Shown one piece after another: positions 49,535 to 61,074 of a stretch of 64,000 bases of DNA. The position numbers and the translations under genes were made by a program. This DNA comes from Takakia lepidozioides (Eukaryota; Plantae; Bryophyta). Positions within the stretch are counted from its first letter, which is position 1; every line of letters starts with the position of its first letter. The stretch is from contig CM060732.1 in NCBI GenBank assembly GCA_030704615.1, forward strand, positions 37,882,001 through 37,946,000, written 5' to 3'. The notes beneath the pieces are model-generated. The model was not told the origin of the DNA. It did not search any database and saw only the letters and a program-made list of their open reading frames with translations.

Positions 49535-50755
49535 ACGAATACATGACTATCTGGCAAGTTTCAACTTTTTTGGCGGTACGTTCCAGTTTCTCTGGTGTCA
49601 TAACTACCTTCAAGTCAACATCCAAATTAAGTCCACCTACTCCCAAATGCAGAATGTCTCATGAGACCATCAGCGACGGGAAAAGCTGGTTTGGCATGAC
49701 ATGGTTGTAGTTCACAACCTTAAAGAACGCCTTCAGCCTTGACCTCTTTGCGATCTTTTTCTGTGACGCCTTCTCGAAAACCTGTGAAATGGAAAAGCAG
49801 CTACACATCAAATTGCGGGAAAGTAAAAGGGGTACTCAGGCCTCCTTGGGAGAAAGAGTGCCATAAACACAGAGACCTTCTTAAATGTAAAAATTTGAGA
49901 AGCCAACGTGTGGTGGCAAGAAATGCCTAACCCAGAATTATACTCCATCCAGTCCGAATCCAAAGGGTCAGATGATAACTTGGAATCGCTGGAGATGACG
50001 AGATTGATACACGACTATCTTGCGAGTTTCAACTTTCTTGGAGGTAGTTTCCAGTTTCTCAAGTGTCACAACTGCCTCCAAGTCAACATCGAAATTAAGT
50101 CCACCTACGCGCAAATCGCAGAATGTCTCATGACACCATCTGCGTCAGGAAAAGCTGGTTTGGCATGATATGATTTTAGAATCCTAACCCTTAATGAACG
50201 CCTTCAGCCTTGACCTCTTTGCGATCTTCTTCTGTGACTGCTTCTTCATAACTTATGAAAGGGAAAAGCAGCTACACATCAAATTCTTGCAAGTACAGGG
50301 GGGTACTCAGGCCTCCTTGGGAGAAAGAGTGTCATAAACACAGACACATCCTTAAATGTAAAAATTGGAGAAGCGAACGTCTGGTGGCAGGAAATGCCTA
50401 AACCAGAATTATACTCCATCCAGCGCACATGTAAAGGGTCGGCTGATAACTCGGAATCCCAGTTTGGAGATAATGAGACGAATACATGACTATCTTGCGA
50501 GTTTCAACTTTCTTGGAGGTAGTTTCCAGTTTCTCTGGTGTCACAACTGCCTTCAAGCTAAAGCAAGGAATTAAGTCCCACTACTCGCAAATGCAGAATG
50601 TCTCCCTCATCTGCGTGGGGAAAATGGGGTTTGGCATGATATGATTGTAGTTCACAACCAAAGGGCATATCCTTCAGCCTTGACGTCTTTGAGATCTTCT
50701 TTTGTGACGCCTTCTTCATAACTTGTGAAATGGAAAAGCAGCTACATATCAAATT
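49535..50755 (-). pseudogene. RPL27: Three tandem ~475-bp units, each containing a 60S ribosomal protein L27 (eL27) fragment
   Basis: The minus strand reads KKQSQKKIAKRSRLKAFIK, KAFFKVVNYNHVMP and LDVDLKVVMTPEKLE..KKVET at ~49540-49785, 50010-50255 and 50480-50725. Confidence 0.85.
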
Positions 50756-51626
50756 ATTGCAAGGCCACTCAATGGCACTATGAACGTTTTGAGCATGCTG
50801 TCAGAAAACTAGACGGGCAAAAACCCAATTCAGCAGCCTCACCTTGCGTGGATACTTGGGAATTGATGCCAGAAGGGCATGCCCATATGCGCGCTCCATC
50901 GTGCCTCCATCCAACGCATTCTGTAAATGTTGAATGACGAAGACCCCGATGTCACACCCTTCTGAGAAGCCACTATGCGCGCTCACAGTATACGAAGGCC
51001 TTGCCGTGTCAGGATTCGCATTCCCACGTCCCGCCATTTCCGACGGAGCACTTGCATCCTTGTCTCTGCTAGGTGGAGGCAGCACGTATTAAAATATCTA
51101 TTCCCCCAATGCCACATTTTGTTTACTTCTTTTTGTGAAAGCCACGTCAGCAAATGTGCTACCGAATCACGGGTGCAATTAATGCACAGTGGTTCATGGA
51201 GTCGTTGAGTCGACTACATATTCACTTTAATGAATAAATATCTTTATTCCATTAATCGAATTAGGAAAGAAAATTTGTAGTCGCATGTGCAGTAATTACA
51301 ACCACTTGTAATTTTGGCTTTTTTCAAATTTTATGTATTTACGCAATTCGTTAAATAGCCCGGTATTCTGCTACGACTCCGGAGTCGTTGACCCCACTTC
51401 TGTCCGCCGTCTGAAATGCCCCCGTGAACCCACATTGTCTGTTTTGACTCTCCAGTAGTCCCGCTTACTACCAAGTGGTTCCCGGAGTGGTCGCGGACAT
51501 GCAGTCGATTCGGAAAAGACATGAATGCTTCTAGTGCCACACAAAACTTCGCCTGGTGTGTTTTTCACTTCGTTGAAGATTCTGTTATGTTCCTAACTAG
51601 TCTACTGTTTTTGTTATGTGGAATAG

Positions 51627-52650
51627 GTCACCAAAAGGCCTGAATGGGTGAATGGAAGCCAACAAGCGTACGCAACAGACCTGGTGGTCCTAGACATTCC
51701 AGATGGTTTGCCTGTGCCGGATGTTCTCCCATCCAACACAACGCCATCGTGGAACAAGTCGGATGCCCTTTTCTGGCAGTGGGTTTTTTCTTTCAGCAAC
51801 AAATTTTTGTCTGATGCAGGAGCACTTCTTTTTTTGCAGGCAAAAGATATGCTGGCGCGCAGAACCCTTTTCAGTTACATATTGAAGGCTTCCGGATTTA
51901 AGGTCATCAAAACATGGACCTGTATCAACACGCTTCCACTTTCCAAGGGAGAGTTCCCAGGACAGAGGGTGAGTTCATGGTGGTGGACTGCCTCTTCTTG
52001 TAATGTCATTCGGTTGAGTTCATTATGCATGTTCAAAAACTGAATTTGGGGGGGGGGGGGGGGGGTTGCATGCAGACTCGGGTGTTTGAGGCTTTATGCT
52101 TGGTGAGGTTGCGAAAGGACACCCTCCCTCTTGGTATTGCGGAGTTCCAGTTGAGAGACCTTGCAGCACACATCGACCCCACCTGTGAGCCTGTGGGGGA
52201 CGATGTCCTGTTCAATTACGTGGACTCCGGGCGGACCTTGAAAAGGACGAATGGTGTCCCTTGGAGAGGTGCTCGGGAGAAATCTCCAGCATTCATGCAG
52301 ACTCTGGTGGAGACTTGCAGCCGGTATGGGGGGCGGGTGGTGGACTTGTCTTTGGGAACAGGTGTGCCCTGCCAAGTCTCATGCTCTACCGTAACTATGA
52401 TCTTGAATTTTGTGATGATTCATGGTTTTTTAACCATTCGTTCTGTGCATTTGCAGGTGCAACATTCCATGCCTGTAAGAGCGCCGGTAGACACTTCTTC
52501 GGCATGGAGGGGGATGCGGAGCTGTTTTCATGCGAGATTCAACAACTCACCTCCGGCTCAACATCAGCCCCACACAAAGAAACAGTTTTCGACGAGCGGA
52601 AAGTTCCAGATGAAGACCTCGACATGGACTCCGACTTTGAGTGTACGTAA
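51627..52650 (+). CDS. Spliced beta-class N4-C/N6-A methyltransferase-like gene (exons 51627-51968, 52076-52361, 52457-~52650; 5' exons unresolved)
   Basis: Motif IV-like DLVVLDIPDG, then WVFSFSNKFLSDAGALLFL (VI-like), WRGAREKSPAFMQTLVETCS (X-like) and GGRVVDLSLGTG|ATFHACKSAGRHFFGMEGD (I, II). Canonical GT-AG introns keep the frame. Confidence 0.75.
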
Positions 52651-53609
52651 GTCCGGTTTGTTTTGGATGACATGTCGGATTTTTCATTATTCAGACCTTC
52701 TTTTTTGTGACAAAGCATTTCCCTTCCGCGGTCCTGTCTTTCTGCTTACTGGTCTTGCAACTTTGGGAATCTTTGCAGGACACCAAAAACGAGGAGAAGT
52801 ATCCCTTTCTTTGCTATCTCGGAATTTTTCCCGAGCCTACCTGCCCCCCTAGAGTTGCCATGCTATGCCGAGGCTGCCGCTACGGAGTTTACTCTCTGCG
52901 ACTCTCCCCCTCTAGTTTGCTTCGATCGTGTAGAAATGGTGGACAGCAGGGCTAGGATCTTTATGGACATTAGTGTGTCGGAGTCCGGTGCTATCACCAG
53001 TTCCAGTGCATAGACATTTTCCGACTAGTTCCACCTGTTTAGGAATATCTAGGGAATCAACTGTGAGGAGATTGCTTCTCTTGCGTCAAGTGTGTGCCTC
53101 CCTTCCCAACATTGTCTACATAAGACATTTCCTAGACATAAAATTTTTCATCTTCACTTGCAAGTCCATTCATAGAATCTGTGTGGGTCCACAATACTTC
53201 CAGTCTTCAAACATACGCACGTAAATTGTTCATGCATCCAAAACATATGTCCATCAACTATCAGAAATTCTACCATTCCAAATTTGTCCCTCCGTCATTC
53301 ATCCAGTGTTCCAGCATATATCATCCATCATTCACCCCACACTCAGTAATCATGCATCCAACATCCAACCAACATTCATCCACCATTCATCCAACGTTCA
53401 TCTAGCTTCACATCCTGGTACGCATTACATTTTTACTCGTTCCCACGGGAATAGGTCCCCTGGGTTATCACCGTCCGCGGATGTGGGCCCCTATACCCTC
53501 TGGCGTGAGCATCTTTGCGCTCACGGATTGAAAGATGTTCACGGATTGGCATCTTCCCGCTCACGTGAGCCGCTCATGGACTAGCAATCCCCTGGAAGAT
53601 CGAGCAGAA

Positions 53610-56357
53610 TCATATCGTAGGCTCTGTCCACCTGAACTCCCCCCGGGTGCTTGTACAATCCATGCTGCAAGCCGTGATCAAGAACTCCATCATGGCGACG
53701 AATCTAGGGGTGTCCTTAGGGGCCTCAACAACAACCCTCTTCTTCGCTTTCCCCTTGAGCTCCTCCAGAGACTTGGTGTGTGACACCTTCCTCGCCCTGG
53801 CAGCCAGAGCGTCAATGAAGCTCTCGTTGACACATTGGATGAGTGTTCTGGGTTCTAACTTGGGCATATCGGGAAACGTCAGCACCGAATATCGATGTGA
53901 AAGCTCGGCCTCAAATGCCAACTTCTTGGCGGAGCCAGTGCCACTCTGGTTTGACTTCGGAACCCGGACTAGCAGTGACTTGGTAGCATCAGCAGCAGCA
54001 GGGGCAAGGCCTTGGACAAATTCATCTTCAGAGTCATCCCCCTCGGACCCCTCCCACGCATCCTCTCGTGCCCCGCCGGTTTTTTGTTTCTTTGGGGTTG
54101 CTGTAGTCGCCTGTTTCAGTGTCTTTTTCTTTGCCCTCTTCGCCTTCTCATTCAACTTCTCCTGGATACCTGCCTGAGCTAGCTCAGCCACTTTCCTGGA
54201 CTTGGCAAGTGCTTTTGCCTCCTTTGCACCCAGCGGAGGCAGCGGAGCTCGATTTTGGCGTAATTCAGCATCCAGCTTCAATTGGAACTCTGATGGGTCG
54301 AGCTTGCCGGCGGAAGGTCCACATACCAAGGGCAGTCAACCAAATGCTCCACGTGCCAGTCCTTCACCATAACGTCAGTGTACATGGAGTCCGGGCTAGG
54401 GTTACGCCATGCAAGGAAAAAGAGAGGCTCTTTGGTAAGATGGCATTTTTCCAACACGGAGATGTACCTGTATTCAGAAAAACCAAAATAGAATCAGCTC
54501 CACGGAATGAGGTTCCGGTAGCGACCCAATATTCCCAGTCTGAAATGGGCCCCTAATGGCTAAGGTCCGGAGGTGGCCTCCAACGAGACAGGAAATTCGG
54601 TGCCATTTTTCCATTTTCCGGGCGAGGCACCCCGGGGACTTAGCCATGTTGGGCCCAAAGCTGCAAATATGGTGCCGAATTTCCTGTTTTGGGGCCAGAA
54701 ATGGCTAAGTCCCAGAAGTGCCGTTCCACGGATCTAGAAATTCGGCGCTATTTTTCCAGAGTCGGATACATGCACTCATGGGACTTAGCCGTTTTGGGCC
54801 CCAAGCTGGATATATGGCGCCGAATTTCCAGTCTGGGGGGCCAAAATGGCTGAGTCCCTGAGTAGCTTCCGATGACAGTGGAATTTTGGCGCCATTTTTT
54901 CGGTCTCGGGTCAGCCACACCTGGGACTTGGCCATGTTGGGCCTGAAGCTGCAAATATGGTGCCGAATTTCCTGTTTTGGGGCCGGAAATGGCTAAGCCC
55001 CAGGGGTGCTGTTCCCCGGATCCGGAAATTCGGCGCCATTTTTCTAGAGTCGGATTCAGGCACTCATGGGACTTAGCCGTTTTGGGCTCCAAGCTGGATA
55101 TATGACGCCGAATTTCTGGTCTGGGGCCGGAAATGGCCAAGTCCCAGGGGTGACGTTGCCCGAATCTAGAAATTCGGTGCCATATTTCTAGTTTCGGAGG
55201 AAGCCGCTCATGGGACAGCCATTTCCAGGCCAAAGAACTGGGCGACATAGAAAATGGGTACGAAGCAAATAAGAGCCCAGCAGGTTTACCTGTACAGAAG
55301 GCGCATTGCCACTTTGTCCGCGTTCGACTGATCGGTGAACTCATGACTCCTCCGAGCATGCGACATCTCTCGATAGAATAGGTCAGTTTTGAATAGCAGA
55401 AAGTACCTCGTCACATAGTCGGTGAGGTTCTCTGCTCCTGCCGCTATCTTCAGCTTGAACTGTTGGGCTTGGGTGTCCAACTGCTCTTGCGCATTTGTGG
55501 TGACCTGCGGACAGTCCCCATCAGTCAGCATTCTTCAAGAAATGCAGGAAATCTATGTGATACAAGAGGGGAAACACCCCAAAAGCCTGAAAACAACCTG
55601 AAACCACCATATCATGCGGTTCATCCAGAGGTCAAATGTGGGGTCGGACACTTTGTCAGGTTTTGGGAAGCTCCACATGTCCCGAATACTCTGAGAGCCA
55701 TCGGGTTTGTCCAACCAATGTGGATATTAGTAAGCGAAATAAACAATGGGAACACATTGTTGCATGAAGACGAAAAGTTGGTTCAGAATGACTAACCTTC
55801 TCAGTTGCATCCACACACGCTGTGGCTAGATGATGTAGTTTCTTGATTGTCATTGTTGGCTTAAGAGCCCGGGAGTAGTGCTTCCCCACCTCCACAAGAA
55901 AGTCGTCACCTAGTGCCGGATCAGCAATGGCCACGTACTTCACCATCCTAGACTTGTACTTGATTCGCGCCTTTGCCTCGGCAGCGCTGAGATACGATTC
56001 AAGTGCACCCAGGGTCAGTTTCTTCTCCCCTGACTCCATGTAGAACCTCCTCGCATGTGCCAAATCTTGGTCAATTCTGGTTTGTCAGCAAAGCACATAA
56101 CAATTACAAAGCATGGTCTTCAAATTCAACAACAAGAAATCAAGAAATGAGGAAATGAAGAGAGCAGAATGCAATACCCGAAAGATATAGTCCACCATGG
56201 CGTCCATGCTCAGCCTGTACCATGTTCTGTCAGCCTTAGCTTCCCGACTTCCGCAAGAGATCGGCACCAAGGGAATTGGCAAAGTTAGACACCGGCTGCC
56301 TCCGCACATCCTTTGACTCGGAAGAGCACGTGGGATAAGTTCCCCTAAATCTAGCAT
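53610..56357 (-). CDS. Multi-exon gene of unknown function, probably a transposon accessory gene, with the GGCGCC array in an intron
   Basis: Coding-like blocks at 53610-54320, 55290-55505, 55797-56085 and 56180-56357, bounded by plausible GT/AG sites, with lysine-rich and acidic tracts. The exon structure is approximate. Confidence 0.5.
54590..55195. repeat. Array of GAAATTCGGCGCCATTTTT / ATATGGCGCCGAATTTC motifs in alternating orientation
   Basis: About 9 cores at ~70-75-bp spacing with GGGACTTAGCC linkers, the same unit type as 24190-24520 and 35425-35592. Confidence 0.85.
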
Positions 56358-57359
56358 GTGTCCATTGAACTCTTCAACAAAACAATCACGGAGTCAAGAG
56401 TCAGAATAGACACCATCATACTATTCTGGGTTGTAGCATGTGACCCCTCACACTCTCAGAGCTAAATTTGTTAGCTTCCCAAATCTACTTTACAACTCTA
56501 AAACTTCCGAGGATAATTGTAAACAAAACAATGTCCAGAAGCTTTTGATACTGAAAAGAGTTATGATGTTGGGTAAGACTTTACATCCTTCTATGGCTGC
56601 GAATAACTGTCATTATTGTCATCAATGTGGGGCATAGTACCTTTTGGTGAAAGTTGCAGATTGTGACTCCTGTCAGGCAGTATATGGCGGTGGAAGCTGC
56701 ACTCTCATCTGTCTTTGTATGTACACAGTACACCCGCTGCTGAACAAACCTTCAAGCTGGCATCTACCGGTCTCTCAAGAGTGTTGATCTTGCTTGCTTG
56801 TCTCTTCGATGCCTCCTACTTCACACCGGGAGGGAGATGCAGGGATGCAGGGATGTGACTGGCCTGGCCAGCAATATGGGAAGGAAGGGAGCCGCTGGGT
56901 TATTCTGCTGATGCTGCAGAAATGGTGAAGCTGGCCCCTCTGCTTGGGAGGAAGGGAAGGTTGAGTCGTATGATTTGGTGAGAGAGATGGAATTTGAACA
57001 TCCATTGATCTGCGCCCATTGTTTTTCTTATGAAGGGAAATTGTCCGAGGCCTGTAGAGAGTAGATAGAGCTACATCTTTTGGGGAAACACCGCAGCTCA
57101 AGGCTGACAGAGAGTATAATCTGAAACATTTTGCTTTGAGCATTTCATTTGTAGCATTCGTGGAGGTGATGTGAGTGCCTGTTGACTGTTAGATCACGCA
57201 GAGGGAAGGAGTATTGTGGGCTTATGGATTTTTTCGCTCATAATCCATGGGGAGAGAGACCAACAGGAAGATTGTAGAGAACAGAAGCTGTGTATACCAC
57301 ACGGTTTCCCTTTCCTTTTTCGGATGTTGTTTCCGTCCAATCCACTGGGGGTGTAGGGG

Positions 57360-60230
57360 ATGAAGAAGAAATGGGTGCAGCAAGTCGTGGGCGTGCTGTT
57401 GGTGTTGAATGCAGCCCAGCTGCTCATCTTCTTCTTTCATTCTTCTACTGACAAGGAGGAGGCGCTTGCCAGTTTATCCTTTTCAAATTTGAGGCAGGGC
57501 CCCGGGAAGCCTTGGCCGCATCTGCCCTCATTCACTTCATGGGCTGTGAAACCATATGTTGCCACAAATTCTTGCGAAGCGTTCTTTGGCAACGGATTCA
57601 CTCAACCATTCCATCTTCTAGATCCGGTGGCTTGGCCCAGGGCGAATCGCACTCGGAACAGAGCACCAAAGAATTCAAACAGGTACAAGCTCAGGGGGGT
57701 ATTGCGGGATTGGATAAGGGGAAAGTTGGAACAGCTGGAGGCGAATGGTGGTGATCACTTGAAGCTGACGGGATGGACTGTGTCGGACCTACGAGGTCGA
57801 AGACGCTATGCAACTCAACCGCTTCGTGATGGGTTGTTTCAATGTTATTTTAGCGAGACATTGCAGACCTCTATTTGTGAAGGAACCCAGATGATAATGC
57901 ACCCAAGGAAGATTAAGATGTCTAAGGGTGGGGAGCCTTTAGAATCGGTCATTGGACGCAATGAGGAAGAAGAGCTGCCATACTTCACGTCCGGGTCTTT
58001 CCAAATCATGGTTGCCGAGAGAGGTGAGAGACGACCGCTATTCAATAAGACAATGCTGGACCGCCTCATCCCACAGGGCCAAGTACAAGAGCACACTCTG
58101 TACCACTTGTTCGAACAGCTACGCACAGTGCCGCTGGACGAGGTGTCCTGCGCTCAGGTAAACTTCGGTCACGTTTCACTTCCTGTCAACTGCCCATTTC
58201 GCGCCTACTGACGCAAGTCTTACGGGGACCTCACTGGACGATAAGGAGAGCAGTTGAACACAGTAAATATCAGATACTTCATGTTGGAATCCCGAACTGC
58301 ATCTACCCCTTTCTGTATACGTTCCTCCTTGTATTCTAGGAGTGTTGAAACCGAGTCTCAAAATCGGTGTTGCATTGATGCAGAGAGTGTTCCAGCCAAC
58401 TTTGGTGGTCACCCGGTTTGCATATGCCAATCTTTTTCATGCGGTCACAGATTGGTACAACGCCTACATCACTTCCCGCATTGTAAACCTGAAAAGACGC
58501 CCACGCCTGATTTTCATAGACGGTCATTGCAAGGTAAGGGACAGATCCTTTCTATTTCATGTAGCTGAATGATGGAGGACTGTGGTCTGGCTCAAGACCT
58601 TTAGACATCCTGTGTGTGTGTGTGTGTGTGGGTAGGGAGGAATCATGGATCCCCTGACTATGTATAGCGCCCAGACCAGTTATCCTTCTGCCGCCTTGGC
58701 TTTGTACGCTCACTATTTTGTACTGTCCAGACCTTTCCGCCGAATATCAGGTGCATCTCTATATCATCATTCGCGCGACCGAACACAGCGCACCAGCTCT
58801 TAGGAAAAGGTCTGGACGGTCCAGAGTGGCATTGGATCTTGGACCGCCACCATGCCCTAAGGGCCCGGCTGCAAAACCTACGTTGGAAAATGTATGGGGC
58901 TTTGGCATTCCAAATACTTTACATAAAGCATCATAGCATTGCTAAGGAGAGACATTCAGATAGACAGACATGGGGGCTGTTGGTTTACCTAGCATTTCAA
59001 ATATTTGCTTTGGCTTTAGGAGAAAAGGTCAGGCTGTGAGCACAAAACGAATCTGACACATGCCTTTGAACTCAACTGTTCTGTTGTTCTCTTGGTGTAA
59101 ACTCTCCATGTTTCATTTTCGAGCAGTGGTAACAAACTACCTTAAAAAAAATGTGCAGGATTCAAATGCCCTGGTTTGTAGGACTGGCTGTAATCTCCTG
59201 GGATATGCTACAGTGAGCAGTGCTTAGCATTTTCCTGGGGTAATATGTTTGCTGCCATGATCTACTTATGTACATACCTCCTACAACTGGACTTTGCACC
59301 TGGTGTCTCGATTGGAGTTGAGCCTCTTGTCCCTGAAGTCAGGGGATGAACATTGAAAATCTTTATCTCATGATCAAATGTTGTTGCTTGGAATGTGATG
59401 TTTGGCAGTCTCCTTTGGATTCTGGATGGCAAGCTATGTTCAGTGGAGTCAACTTTGCCAGGCATTTGACAGGGCCAGTGTGCTTTGACCATCTCATTTT
59501 TGCACCCTTGGGATACAATAGCCCCCTCTCCATGGGCCTCACTGTAGAACCTCCTTGCCAGGGCTGCATGGTGTCAGAAGTGAAGGACAGATTCCAAACT
59601 GCCCGGTTGCGGGAGTTTGGTGAAATGTTCACATCAGCATTTAATATTACTCTTGACTCTACAGGGTCCAAGAGTAGCTCAGAAATGAAGGTTTTGTTTG
59701 TTCGCCAAGAGGACTACCTAGTGGATCCACTACACACAGGAAACCCGGACTTTCACCTCACTAACGAAGAGGAGGTCCTGGAGGCACTTGAAACATGGGC
59801 AGCCCACAGGTCTAGTTCCAACCGTGTGTCTGGTTCTGATCACCTTCATAAAAATGGGGGTGACAGCAGACAGAGGCTTCTGGATGGTGAAGTGGAGAAG
59901 GAGATTGAGTGGAATATCACTATTGTAAATGGGATGCTTGGTCATATGTCCATGGAAGAACAGTTATGCCAAGTAGTAGAGGCTTCTATCATAGTGGGGG
60001 TTCATGGCTTGGGCCTCTCACACCTTATGTTTGCAAGGCCTGAAAGGACTGCGATCCTAGAACTTGTGAACCCAGATTTTGCACACCCACATTTCACAAC
60101 CATGTCCAAATGGATGGGAATTGAGCATCACTCAATCCTAATGGAGAGCTCGACTGCTGATTGTGCGGACTTGACTGAAGCCATTGAAGAAATTTTTGCT
60201 GGCTTAAGGCAGAGGCTTGGTACTCCTTAG
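57360..60230 (+). CDS. XYLT: GT61 beta-1,2-xylosyltransferase-like gene, exons 57360-58157, 58384-58533, 59409-60230 (589 aa)
   Basis: N-terminal signal anchor. Motifs SCEAFFGNGF, CYFSETLQTSICEG, MSKGGEPLESVIGRNEEEELP, TRFAYANLFH..DWY, DGHCK|SPL and GVHGLGLSH. Both introns are phase 0 GT-AG. Confidence 0.9.
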
Positions 60231-61074
60231 AGAGTCAATAGACTCCAGGTTAAGCAAGCTACAACTATTGGGGACTCTGAGAGTGTTTGCCATGGCAGAT
60301 CAGGATGTTCTGCCAAGCCAGAGCCTGGGTAATGTATTGCATTCCACCAAGGCTGAAATGTATGAACAGTTATTCATGCAGAGAGAAGATGATGGAGGGG
60401 ATGGACTCCAAGTTCAGCTATTCGCAACAGTCGATTGAAACTGGATTCACGTTCAGCCATTGATATGAACCTATTGTGGAACACAATTTTGCAGTTGTCC
60501 GATGCGGCAAAGGCAGCAAACTTGTTGGGACTGGATGCATCTCCACTGTGTCTTTGTGACTTGAAACCAGGTGAGGTATCAGTGGGACCCGAGAAGTCAG
60601 ATCTGCAGGCCGATGGCAAGAAAAAAAGGTTTTGGAGCTAAAAGTGAGAAAGGGAAGGACTTTTGATAATGATATTGCTGTCACCCGGGGCATAATGGCC
60701 TGCCCGTTTTGGGAGGTGTGGTGACATTTAGCACCCTGCCAAAATACAAAATGTAGATTAGTATCTTGCACTTGGCTGTTTGTGCCTGATGTTCTCAAGA
60801 GAGATGAAATACAAGTGGGGTTCTGATGTCAGAATGAGCGGACTACCACAGAAAAGGATTTTCCCCCACTAATCACCTTGGATATGGGGTAGGGTGTATC
60901 GTCCATATTAAAATCTGGAAGCAGTAAGAGGAAGGTGTTATTGACAAGATAGAGTTGTTTGCACTTTGCCCCTTATGGAAATTTTGTGTCTTTCGAGTTC
61001 TTGGTAGGTTAGTTTGTGTGTTGATTACTTCCCTTTGAAGATATCGGAGTGGTCAATATATCCATGAAGGGAAA

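Noticed and set aside
47460-53000. CACTA terminal repeat closing the element and enclosing the MTase gene
   Set aside because: No convincing CACTA/TAGTG terminus with a 3-bp TSD was found, so the carrier of the 51.6-kb MTase gene is unassigned.
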